A stretch of DNA of 24,396 nt. It comes from Chlamydiota bacterium. Lineage in GTDB: Bacteria > Chlamydiota > Chlamydiia > Chlamydiales > SM23-39. The DNA lies in the NCBI GenBank assembly GCA_048498835.1, contig JBEHXF010000028.1, positions 1 through 24,396 of the forward strand. The letters are read 5' to 3'. The stretch's first letter is position 1; each line of letters opens with the position of its first letter. Below the pieces are notes generated by a model that did no database searches, was not told the DNA's origin, and worked only from the letters and a program-made list of their open reading frames with translations. Position numbers and translations under genes: made by a program. This document shows positions 9,301-16,939 of the stretch, piece by piece.

Positions 9301-9377
9301 CCTGTCCCAGCCGATGCTTCGAGAAAATGAGGTCCGAGCAAAGGGGCCGATTTCGATAGGCAATCAAACGTCTGCAT
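6342..9377 (-). CDS. recB: RecBCD subunit RecB (helicase-nuclease)
   Basis: EASAGTGKT, VTFTRAATREL, IFTIHGFC, LIDEFQDTD, VGDPKQSIYRFRSAD, TMHVSKGLEF, LYVAMTRAK; C-terminal nuclease GFIDLVF...VDWKTN...YDLQAKLY. Confidence 0.97.
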   Translation of the reverse strand: MQTFDCLSKSAPLLGPHFLEASAGTGKTFAIEHIVARLILSEDPVFSLEQILVVTFTRAATRELKLRIRSNLERIQKALLKEEAVWSYLEPFLGSEKALHRIGDALAIFDQAQIFTIHGFCYRTLQEHAFEAGLGFTIKDQGSSSLDAALSDFFESKLQMSEVCPEQLGIVKKLSAESLIRKIKKGAPIEPSKTFAERLEHFKRALQTREKVELVVLQEQFAHFRGSYKSEKGRFDEQVQALALAFVDPATAFRKLIAEKGSLFEFLAPENRKVKAKEFATEFFEWACRTLYPIVTEAADPKQILQTLHALWRPIAEKVSTKEESFGPDDILRVMRKAIDSPGFKQNVQKKYRAALIDEFQDTDPQQWEIFQSLFLGHTESLYLVGDPKQSIYRFRSADLYTYLQAKESIDSAHHYHLDTNFRSSKQLIGALNQLFDREWLKLPKQQRNLPYLPVRAGLDKRLDLADGKGAVHCFQYIGDDPQLAHRYIASEIVRLKDLVGTLSGFAILVKDRNSAAEVQKELTVAGIPNVAKSQELLSDSLAFEAVWELLESLSEPKELGKAKAVFGGPFGGLPAEELKLIDSSPMVFLRQQLDELGLASFFHLFWKTKLGTKTVQEQIASFGPAFYSECHQVLEALFEWERLEGFSLAGALRFFETMQQMDPDEALVRRRDSDADAVQIMTMHVSKGLEFEIVFALGLGSRTPASDEEVDAEKLRQLYVAMTRAKSRLYIPIPDYRKQASAGTLSPIELFCQTLSADGKWREELERLAEEESLTIETVSAMPAAVYQDAAKPPLLTPPLPLPSYPPSYLLSFTSLAKEAVQEILDPLPAPNGLFTAHNMPRGAETGVAIHAIFERLFGKVKVSHERIVEETVAGTILEPWKEAILKLVKETLALDLLEGLRLVDIDPKKVLVETEFLFSTGKDCIKGFIDLVFEHRGKIYLVDWKTNWLGESSSAYTEERLMASIGLHQYDLQAKLYAEALRRANANFGGAFYLYVRGPRAVCLRGNDG

Positions 9378-12300
9378 GAGAGCTCTTAGCTTTGCGGGTT
9401 GGATATAAATCGATCAATCCAGAGAATGCCACCTCCAAAATAGGAGTCCATTCTTCTCTCTCTTTTTCAAGATCAAGACTTGGGCTTCGCTTCAATGCCC
9501 AATCTAAAATTCGATCTTCGCAATGGCCATCAACCGGTTCCCGTTTTCGCAATAGACTATCAGCCCATTCAGAATGCATAAATAGCAGCGACCCGCGCCC
9601 TTCTAAATAAAGTCCGATAAGCCTTTGTAAAGCCAGGCGAGGATCTTCAACCGTTCTCACTTTTCCCGTTTTGGTAAAATAAATATCGTGAGTTTTAGAA
9701 GAAACCAAGATAGCTAACACCTCAACCCAACTCCGAAGAACAGATCCTATCGAATCATCGCTCGTATGAAGAATGCCATTGGGAACCGCTTGAGAGGCTT
9801 CTCCAACTAAAGCAAACACCTGTCCATGGATTTCTACTTCTAGAGGTGGCTTTTGCAATCGATTGGGTCCTACTTGGTGCTCTTCAATACAACTCTCTTT
9901 CCATTCGATTGTTTGAATCGATTGAGAGGGGATCGACCACACTTGTAACTGATCTTTCACATCTTGAGCTTTTTCCAAGAGTTCTCGTTTTGCTTCTTCC
10001 CCTAATAATCCGAGAGGCAATCTTCGTTCTTGCATCATTTTTTCTAGAGCAACTTCTGGAGAGTGCTCCAATGCTTCTCGTAAAAAAAGATACCGAGTAA
10101 GTCCTGAACACTCGAAATCTTCCCATTTAGAGCAGGGCTCTTCTTTCAATTCGATTCCTACGATTTGCTTGAGATAGTACTGAAATGGATGCTTCAGCCA
10201 ATTCTTGAGGTCTCGAATCGAAAGAGTTGTTTTCTCTGTGGGGGTATTTTTTTTTCTCAAAGGACTGGTTAATAAAGAACCCACCTTTGCGCTTCTTGCA
10301 GCAACAGCTGCTTGATAATCAGCTAAACACCGATTTTGGGAGCAAGCATCAAGCGGAGATGCGGGGAAAGTTTCAGCTAAATTTGACATTTGAAGATAGC
10401 CCAAAAGCTCCTGAATTAAAAGAGAAGGACTAACAGGTTTCCCATCTTCTCTAGAGCGGTGACCATATGAAAATACCAATTGCTCCTCGGCCGCGAAAAG
10501 CGCTTCTAAAAATAGATAACGATCCCAATCGCCTTTGTTGGGATGATAGACACCATTAGCCTTCAATAAATGAAGCGATGATTTCGCAGAGGAGCGCGGA
10601 AAATTCTCTTCATCCATTCCAATCAAAAAAACAATCTTAGCAGGAGCTAGAGTACCAGGCTCAATCGTTGAAAACCGAACCGCATGCAATAAGGAAGAAC
10701 CGAATTCCGCGCATGAAGGGGCAAATAATAAATGTTTTACGAAAGAAAACGGAAAGACCGTTTCAGGCACTAATTGATGTGTATCTCGCAACGAAGAGAG
10801 AACTTGCGCGATTTGCTGCTTGGCCGATCGATCTTCTTCAGCCGCATCTTCGATGGTGAGAAATTCTTGAGTCAGTTGATCGATTTCCTGTACCCATAGC
10901 TGTAGAGTTCTCTCCTTTTTCCAAGAAAAAAGAATGGTTCGCAAGCGATAAAAGAGAGACTGAAATTGCTCAAATAAATCTGCTTCACTCCAGTTGAGAG
11001 CAGTTTCTCGCTCCGGATCAAAGAAAACCCATGAATCAATCAAGCGATCGAAGCCCTCTTCCCACGTTCCCATTCCCGACCCTTGAACACCGATCGTATC
11101 TGAAGTGATTTCATCTTGATGGGCACGGTCCGCTCCCCACCGAATACGGCCCTGTTCGATCCACCCTTTTATTTTTTCTAACTCATCCGATTGCCAACCT
11201 TGCTTTTGATAGAAAGCCTTGGTTTCCAATAAAGCCACCCAATTTTTTGCTTCCCAACGACCCGACACAGCTTGGCATAAACGGAGTAGCGCTTGAAAAT
11301 AGGAGCTTTGTCGGATGAGATCGATTCCCGCTAAACGGAAGGGCACTTCATCTGAAAAGATACATTGAATAAGAGGCGCGTAAAGTTCCAAATCAGGGGC
11401 GTAGACCCTCATATCGGAGAAAGAAATCCCACGATCTCTTGCTCTTAAAATTTCATCGCGCAATATTTCGACCTCACGCCAGCGAGAAGCCCCAGTCTGC
11501 AAAAGGCGGATGGTCTCATCTGGCTTTTTCTCGATTGATTCCATAGTTAACAATTCATATTGCAGCTGAGTCAGTAAAGTAGAGGGCTCCCGCGCTAAAT
11601 AATATTGCTCAATGACATCGACTTCATGTTGCACGGCTATTTCAAGCATTTTACGACCGAGCACACCCCAATTCGCAAGAAGAGGCTGCTCTTGACGGAG
11701 CATCTCTTCTAAAACCTGAAGTTGTTTTTCAGACACCCTGTTTTTCTGACCAAAACTAAGCAAACTCTTCCGCTCTTTTGTGGAACGAAGATCTTCCCAA
11801 AACATGGCAGTAGGAGAGAACCGAAAGAGACGAATACTCGGATGGCGTAGATAAAATCGATATGCGGCGGGCGGCATCCAGTCGTTTGCAAAAAGATAAA
11901 CAGAGCCGGCTCTTTGAATTGGAATGGTGCGCAGCGCCTCTTCTAATCCAAACCAAGAATGCGTCTCAAACAACTCCTCAAAAACTGCTGCTTGCCAGCT
12001 ATCTGTTCCAGATTTTGGCAACCCATACATTAAATAGTCATAAAATAGAGCTGCGCAAGAATCGACAAAATCAAGCCTTTTACGCTCTGAATCAAGAAAA
12101 GGAACCCATTCTTCGCGAGGATTTTTTTTAGACTTATTCCAGAGTGCGGCAAGCAACTCTGTTCGGGTTGGAATTGGCAAAGAGCCTGCTAAACAAGAAA
12201 GCCCCTTCTGCCAGCTCGCAAATTCCCACCCTACCACTGCTTTTTGAAGGGCCACTTTGGCGCACTCCAACAAAATCCATTCTTTCATTCCTACATGGGG

Positions 12301-12414
12301 AATGATGATGAGAGGCTGATCAAAAAGGCTGGCTCGATCCTGGTCAATTTGAGTGTAAAGCTGCTTTACAAGTAAATCGAGTCGGTGGCTTGAGTATACG
12401 ATTGGTTCTGGCAT
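9364..12414 (-). CDS. recC: RecBCD subunit RecC (exonuclease V gamma)
   Basis: YSSHRLDLL, PLLANWGVLGR, REVEILRD, IRWG, W..GFDRL, LIGMDEENFPR, DRYLFLEAL..AEEQLVFSY, PVSPSLLIQELLGY, HPFQYYLKQ; overlaps recB by 14 nt. Confidence 0.93.
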   Translation of the reverse strand: MPEPIVYSSHRLDLLVKQLYTQIDQDRASLFDQPLIIIPHVGMKEWILLECAKVALQKAVVGWEFASWQKGLSCLAGSLPIPTRTELLAALWNKSKKNPREEWVPFLDSERKRLDFVDSCAALFYDYLMYGLPKSGTDSWQAAVFEELFETHSWFGLEEALRTIPIQRAGSVYLFANDWMPPAAYRFYLRHPSIRLFRFSPTAMFWEDLRSTKERKSLLSFGQKNRVSEKQLQVLEEMLRQEQPLLANWGVLGRKMLEIAVQHEVDVIEQYYLAREPSTLLTQLQYELLTMESIEKKPDETIRLLQTGASRWREVEILRDEILRARDRGISFSDMRVYAPDLELYAPLIQCIFSDEVPFRLAGIDLIRQSSYFQALLRLCQAVSGRWEAKNWVALLETKAFYQKQGWQSDELEKIKGWIEQGRIRWGADRAHQDEITSDTIGVQGSGMGTWEEGFDRLIDSWVFFDPERETALNWSEADLFEQFQSLFYRLRTILFSWKKERTLQLWVQEIDQLTQEFLTIEDAAEEDRSAKQQIAQVLSSLRDTHQLVPETVFPFSFVKHLLFAPSCAEFGSSLLHAVRFSTIEPGTLAPAKIVFLIGMDEENFPRSSAKSSLHLLKANGVYHPNKGDWDRYLFLEALFAAEEQLVFSYGHRSREDGKPVSPSLLIQELLGYLQMSNLAETFPASPLDACSQNRCLADYQAAVAARSAKVGSLLTSPLRKKNTPTEKTTLSIRDLKNWLKHPFQYYLKQIVGIELKEEPCSKWEDFECSGLTRYLFLREALEHSPEVALEKMMQERRLPLGLLGEEAKRELLEKAQDVKDQLQVWSIPSQSIQTIEWKESCIEEHQVGPNRLQKPPLEVEIHGQVFALVGEASQAVPNGILHTSDDSIGSVLRSWVEVLAILVSSKTHDIYFTKTGKVRTVEDPRLALQRLIGLYLEGRGSLLFMHSEWADSLLRKREPVDGHCEDRILDWALKRSPSLDLEKEREEWTPILEVAFSGLIDLYPTRKAKSSHADV
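12354..12370. repeat. 17-bp palindrome copy 2: TGTAAAGC-T-GCTTTACA (inside the 5' end of recC)
   Basis: Perfect 8-1-8 palindrome with arms identical to copy 1; occupies nt 45-61 of the recC CDS. Confidence 0.85.
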
Positions 12415-12424
12415 GGCGATTGGG

Positions 12425-12454
12425 ATTATGGCAAAATTTACTTCGTGAAAGCAA
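12425..12454 (-). promoter_or_regulatory. Candidate promoter for recCBD
   Basis: Minus strand TTGCTT (12449-12454) - 18 nt - CATAAT (12425-12430) with an extended TGn; only 10 nt between the -10 and the recC ATG. Confidence 0.4.
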
Positions 12455-12498
12455 TCTAAAGGTAAGGTATCCTGAAGACAGAATCATCTGGTCGACAA

Positions 12499-14193
12499 TT
12501 GCGTTGGTTTGCAAAAACTAATTATCGCTCTTTTTACCTGCTTAATGCGACCCAATTCTTGGGAGCATTAAACGACAATGTATTTAAACTTTTAGTCATC
12601 TATTTATTAATTAATATTAAAGGTCCCGCTGCAGCTAATACCATCCTTTCTTTGGCTGGAGCGATTTTTGTGATTCCCTTTCTACTCTTTTCATCCAGCG
12701 CAGGAATTCTAGCTGACCGCTTAAGTAAACGGACAATCATCGTTTATACGAAAATCTTAGAGCTTCTTATTATGTCATTCGGCTTGATCGCCGTCATGTT
12801 CGGCTCTGAAATCGGATCTTATACAGCTCTTTTTTTCATGGCTGCTCAAAGCGCCCTATTCGGCCCCTCAAAATATGGAATCATTCCTGAACTTGTCGAA
12901 AGTAAAATGGTTTCAAAAGCCAACGGCTCGATGACCTCCTTTACTTATTTAGCCATTATCTTAGGCACTTTTTTAGCTTCCTTTATTGCCGATATCACCC
13001 ACAAAAATTTTGTGATTGAAGCGCTCTTTTGCGTCTTCATTGCTATCTTAGGACTTTTAACTAGCCTCGGAATTGCACGAACTGCTCCACAAAACTCTCC
13101 CAAAAGGATTAATCCTTTCTTCCTTTATGAAATTTATCAGACCCTAAAGATGAGTTGGAATGTACCCCATCTATTGCCCGCTATTTTTGGGTCATCCTTT
13201 TTCCTTTTTGTCGGTGCCTTTTCGCAGTTGAACATCATTCCATTCGCCATGCAATCTCTAGGTTTAAGCGAAGTGGGTGGGGGATATTTGTTCTTAGCGG
13301 TAGCGGTCGGCATTGCCATTGGCGCAGTTTTGGCAGGACAGCTATCCAAAGATAAGGTGGAACCAGGCCTTTCCTGTATCACAGGTTATTTCATTGGAAT
13401 TTTCTTTATAGCCCTCTATTTTTTCTCTTACTCTCTCATCATGACCATTATCTGGTTGGCTTTACTCGGAGTAGTGGGAGGAGCCTATCTCATTCCCTTC
13501 GATTCCTTTATTCAGGTGAATAGCCCAGACGAAAAGAGGGGACAAGTCATTGCAGCCGCTAATTTCTTCAGCTTTACCGGCGTGTTAATGGCCGCTTTTT
13601 GCCTCTATTTTATCAGCGAAAATCTAGGATTTTCCGCTGCCAGCGGCTTTTTTCTCATGGGAGTGATCACGTTAGTAGTCAATGTGGTTATGACTGGAAG
13701 GCTCTCCTCCCTCTTTTTCCCCTTCTTTGTGAAGAAAATTCTCAAGCGCTTTCGAAAACTGTCAGTCGCAGGGCCAACGCCCTCCCAAGATACATTGATT
13801 ATTTTACAGAGCAATTCCTGGTGGGATGCCATTCTCCTTTATTCTTGCCTCCCTAACCTAATGATTCTTGTTCCAAGCCCTTTCCTTCGCCGTTTCCCCT
13901 GGTTTAACGGATGGGTGGATTCGATTCGGATTGTACCCGACGATTTAGACGATCCTCGACACATCAACCGCCTCAATGAGGTCATTAAAAAATGGCAAGA
14001 TCGGCATCACACCGTTTGCCTGTTTGTTCGCAAACGAGAAGACGCTCCAGAATTAATCAAAGCCTATAAAAAATCACTCGATCGTATTCGCTGTCCAATC
14101 CTCTTCGCTCATGGCAAAAAAGAACGCATTCCCAAAGGTCTTTTAGGTCGTTGGGATCAAAAACAAATCACGTTGAGTTTTACTAAAGAATAG
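12499..14193 (+). CDS. MFS transporter, LplT/YgeD (lysophospholipid flippase)-like, with a C-terminal soluble acyltransferase-like domain
   Basis: TQFLGALNDNVFK, AGILADRLSKR, QSALFGPSKYGIIPELV...KANG and RGQVIAAANF are typical of LplT/Aas-associated MFS; about 12 TM segments then about 150 aa soluble tail. Adjacent to recC, as recalled for C. trachomatis ygeD. The TTG start is uncertain. Confidence 0.88.
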   Translation: MRWFAKTNYRSFYLLNATQFLGALNDNVFKLLVIYLLINIKGPAAANTILSLAGAIFVIPFLLFSSSAGILADRLSKRTIIVYTKILELLIMSFGLIAVMFGSEIGSYTALFFMAAQSALFGPSKYGIIPELVESKMVSKANGSMTSFTYLAIILGTFLASFIADITHKNFVIEALFCVFIAILGLLTSLGIARTAPQNSPKRINPFFLYEIYQTLKMSWNVPHLLPAIFGSSFFLFVGAFSQLNIIPFAMQSLGLSEVGGGYLFLAVAVGIAIGAVLAGQLSKDKVEPGLSCITGYFIGIFFIALYFFSYSLIMTIIWLALLGVVGGAYLIPFDSFIQVNSPDEKRGQVIAAANFFSFTGVLMAAFCLYFISENLGFSAASGFFLMGVITLVVNVVMTGRLSSLFFPFFVKKILKRFRKLSVAGPTPSQDTLIILQSNSWWDAILLYSCLPNLMILVPSPFLRRFPWFNGWVDSIRIVPDDLDDPRHINRLNEVIKKWQDRHHTVCLFVRKREDAPELIKAYKKSLDRIRCPILFAHGKKERIPKGLLGRWDQKQITLSFTKE

Positions 14194-14212
14194 GCCCAGA
14201 TTTCTCTGAGCC
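14185..14212 (-). terminator. Probable terminator for the 14222..14695 gene
   Basis: Minus strand GGCTCAGA-GAAA-TCTGGGCC (8-bp stem with one G-U, GNRA loop; stem 14193-14212) followed by TATTCTTT; lies between convergent genes. Confidence 0.55.
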
Positions 14213-14221
14213 CAAAAGAAA

Positions 14222-14695
14222 TTAATTACTTACCACTTCTTCGGCAGCTTTTCGTTTTACGATATAGCCGTCAGCAAAACCAGGTGCAGAACCCCACCAA
14301 GGCTTCCCGCTGAAGAACACCGCATCGCTCTTATGGAAAACGCGGAACGCACTTCCGTTTTGAAGAGCCATCTGTTCACCTTTCATATAAAAGAAAAAGT
14401 CGATCTGTTCATTTTTTTCTGCGATTTGGCAGGCTTCCTCTAATGTCACACCGCTCACCATACCAATGACGTTTTCCCAATCAGCACCGCCGAATTGCGC
14501 TACATCGCTAACCTTTTCACACTTGTACTTTTCAATCATTTGCGCTTCTGTCGGAACAGGGGGTTCTTCTTTGGGCCACGGACGCAAGTCTTTCCATTCC
14601 ACAGGTTTTGAAAAGGGAATCTCAATTTTGTTTTCGGCAAATAAACTACCTGCCATTGCAACGGCAGCCGAAATAATTACGCTTGAAGATTTCAT
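14222..14695 (-). CDS. Secreted or periplasmic hypothetical protein (157 aa)
   Basis: Signal peptide MKSSSVIISAAVAMAGSLFA; SD AAGGAG; aromatic-rich C-terminal domain (FFFYMKG...AVFFSGKPWWGSAPGFADGY). Confidence 0.85.
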   Translation of the reverse strand: MKSSSVIISAAVAMAGSLFAENKIEIPFSKPVEWKDLRPWPKEEPPVPTEAQMIEKYKCEKVSDVAQFGGADWENVIGMVSGVTLEEACQIAEKNEQIDFFFYMKGEQMALQNGSAFRVFHKSDAVFFSGKPWWGSAPGFADGYIVKRKAAEEVVSN

Positions 14696-14785
14696 CTATA
14701 ACTCCTTGATTCATTAAAATTGCGAACCAAGGTTATTAAACAAAGAGAAATCAAACAAGACAGAAAAAGTATTTTAAATCTAAAT

Positions 14786-14817
14786 TAAAAATAGAAAAGC
14801 CCTCATGCGAGGGCTTT
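14786..14817 (-). terminator. Intrinsic terminator after the CT623-like OMP gene
   Basis: AAAGCCCTC-ATGC-GAGGGCTTT (14796-14817), 5 nt after the stop. On the minus strand the GC stem is followed by TTTTCTATTTTT. Confidence 0.8.
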
Positions 14818-14822
14818 AATTT

Positions 14823-16115
14823 TTAGAATGCGTAGATAAACTCAAGTTCCCATTGCTTGTATTTCAAGTTGGGACCGATGTCCGTATCCAGGGTATTACT
14901 GATTTTTAGGTTTTGTTCCATCGTCAGGTTATCGGTGAAAGCGTAGAGGGCATCAATTTCAAATCCTGCGTAGTTACAACCACCGACAGCAGTCGCTTGA
15001 GTAGTAGGAGTTCCACCGCCTGCATCCGTTGTGTAAAAACCTACGTTCGCAGCATTGCCTCGGCCAATCCCCGAAGTGTCGATATCAGGAATGGCTTGCG
15101 CTTGAACCCACTGATAATTTGCGTCGACAGCCCAATCTCCAGCCTTCTTAACAACTCCGATCGAGATACCAGCATACCAACCTACGCGCTGCTTGGTATA
15201 ACCTGTCTGTACTACATCTTGAGCCAACGCATTGATCAGCGCGGCTGCATAGGGTCTAATCAAACGGCGGCTAAACCATTCTGGATATGCTTGGTATTGA
15301 ACGGTAAATTGATTCACCAAGAATTTCCATCTTTGAGGATTTTCTGTAGAGGGATAAGGCTTATACCAGTTGATGATCGAATATTTTAAATTTAAACCTG
15401 TATTTGCGACTCGGAGCGCCCCGATTTCCATCGCTTCTCCATAATGGTTGAAGCGGTCATCGATTACAAACCCTGCTACGTTCGTGTAAAAATCGCCAAT
15501 ATCTTCAAAAGCTTTACTAAAACGGAAGAGCAAACCATCAAAAACAGCTCCAAATTCAATTTTTGAATCGAACACGTTCGATAAATAACGGCGACCTAAT
15601 TCTGCGTCCCATGTAAAGGTATCGCCAGCGACAAGACGACCGCCCAAATAAGCTTTTTCTAATTTTACTTTGTTGACAGTACCGCTACGAGAACCCATAT
15701 CGTTATCAAATTCTACTTTCATCGCAGCCCAGGTGCGATCGGTGCGATAATCCATCATCAAGTTGAACTCAACATCCCATGCTAACGAAGGCTTTTTTAG
15801 GGGAGATCCTTCACCGCGCTGCTCAATAAAAGTCGATGACCCTTGCGCTTTAGCCTTTTCATTTGTCAGCTGGCATTCCGTTCTCACTTCACCGCTAATA
15901 GAAAGGTCTCCGCCTACCTCTTTTACGCTGATCAGACGTTTATCTTGCAGCCAACGTCTCAAGGCCTCCATATCAACCCTTTCTTTCTTTTCTTCACCCT
16001 GTACGTCCATCGTCTGAGCAAGGACAGGGGATGGAGTGGGAGCCACTGTTGTTGTTTGGCTATAAATAGAACTTCCTGCAATCAAAACTGCGGAAAATAG
16101 AAACGAACGCGTCAT
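14823..16115 (-). CDS. Outer-membrane beta-barrel protein, CT623 / CHLPN 76-kDa-homolog family (430 aa)
   Basis: Start re-called to ATG 16115 (MTRSFLFSAVLIAGSSIYS, signal peptide, SD AAGGGAAGG). LSISGEVR, DYRTDRTW, KAYLG, KKAGDW...IPDIDTSGIGRGN and C-terminal FIYAF (beta-signal) match the chlamydial CT623 family as recalled. Confidence 0.85.
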   Translation of the reverse strand: MTRSFLFSAVLIAGSSIYSQTTTVAPTPSPVLAQTMDVQGEEKKERVDMEALRRWLQDKRLISVKEVGGDLSISGEVRTECQLTNEKAKAQGSSTFIEQRGEGSPLKKPSLAWDVEFNLMMDYRTDRTWAAMKVEFDNDMGSRSGTVNKVKLEKAYLGGRLVAGDTFTWDAELGRRYLSNVFDSKIEFGAVFDGLLFRFSKAFEDIGDFYTNVAGFVIDDRFNHYGEAMEIGALRVANTGLNLKYSIINWYKPYPSTENPQRWKFLVNQFTVQYQAYPEWFSRRLIRPYAAALINALAQDVVQTGYTKQRVGWYAGISIGVVKKAGDWAVDANYQWVQAQAIPDIDTSGIGRGNAANVGFYTTDAGGGTPTTQATAVGGCNYAGFEIDALYAFTDNLTMEQNLKISNTLDTDIGPNLKYKQWELEFIYAF

Positions 16116-16120
16116 TAAAA

Positions 16121-16163
16121 GCCTTCCCTTAGAAAAAATGAACCTTAAAGGATAAGGGAAGAC
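16121..16163 (-). promoter_or_regulatory. 5'-UTR hairpin sequestering the SD of the CT623-like gene
   Basis: Minus strand GTCTTCCCTTA (16163-16153) pairs with TAAGGGAAGGC (16131-16121), 11 bp with one G-U, followed by TTTTA-ATG. Confidence 0.55.
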
Positions 16164-16191
16164 GAAAATATTAAGCAAAAGAAAGAATCTG

Positions 16192-16938
16192 TTAAAAACG
16201 GATCTCGCCAGACAGGGTAATCGCATTTTCGACCCAGCCCCTCCACTCGAGATTCAAAAGAATTTTAGATGTGTTGCAAAAAGAACAACCAAGCAGAGGC
16301 CCAACCGGATATTTTTGATGTAAATAGAACCCACCGATGTGCGTATGGTCTAGTTTCCAGCGAGATCTCATGACGATGACCCCACTATAAGGCGAAAACC
16401 AGCCTAATTTCTGACTGAGTGTTGCCCCGACTGCCCAAAATCGCATGAGAAGATCTGCATGGCGACTCACGATTTCACCATCGACTTTCAAAGGACCCGA
16501 CATCCAATCCCAACCACCCGCTTCACCATAGGCGCTCAAAGTCGTATCCTTCACCTCTATCAGTATTAGCTTAGCTTCTCCATACCAAATCAAACCTCCG
16601 CTAAAGTTATATTGATAGGGGACATGACTCAATGAAAAATGGATTTTTTTCGATCCACTACCGCCCACAAAAGAGAGATCCAAACGCTCTTTGATCGACC
16701 AAGTGACCGAGCCGAGCGAAGAAATGCCATCGAGTTCAATTCGATTAACAGGAGTCTCATGTCTTGACCCCGATAGTTTTTGGCAGGTGAGAAAATCCTC
16801 GAGAAAAGAAGCTCTTGGCTGACACCAGACTGTATCGGGAATAAAGAGCCCATCTTGCAGCAGAGCTGGCGATGCAGGATTTCCGATTGGCGCCGCCTGC
16901 AAACTCCAAACGCTTAAAATCAGCAGGAGCCTTTTCAT
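16192..16938 (-). CDS. MOMP-like outer-membrane protein, paralog 2 (248 aa)
   Basis: Signal peptide, then APIGNPASPALLQDG (compare MOMP LPVGNPAEP); amphipathic strands; FSPYSGV; C-terminal SGEIRF. Confidence 0.8.
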   Translation of the reverse strand: MKRLLLILSVWSLQAAPIGNPASPALLQDGLFIPDTVWCQPRASFLEDFLTCQKLSGSRHETPVNRIELDGISSLGSVTWSIKERLDLSFVGGSGSKKIHFSLSHVPYQYNFSGGLIWYGEAKLILIEVKDTTLSAYGEAGGWDWMSGPLKVDGEIVSRHADLLMRFWAVGATLSQKLGWFSPYSGVIVMRSRWKLDHTHIGGFYLHQKYPVGPLLGCSFCNTSKILLNLEWRGWVENAITLSGEIRF

Positions 16939-16939
16939 A

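Noticed and set aside
4966..12131. Short alternative-frame and antisense ORFs within recD, recB and recC
   Set aside because: Fully nested in well-supported genes, with no independent coding evidence.
16116..16226. N-terminal extension of the 14823..16226 ORF
   Set aside because: It overlaps the upstream gene; the signal peptide and SD fit ATG 16115.
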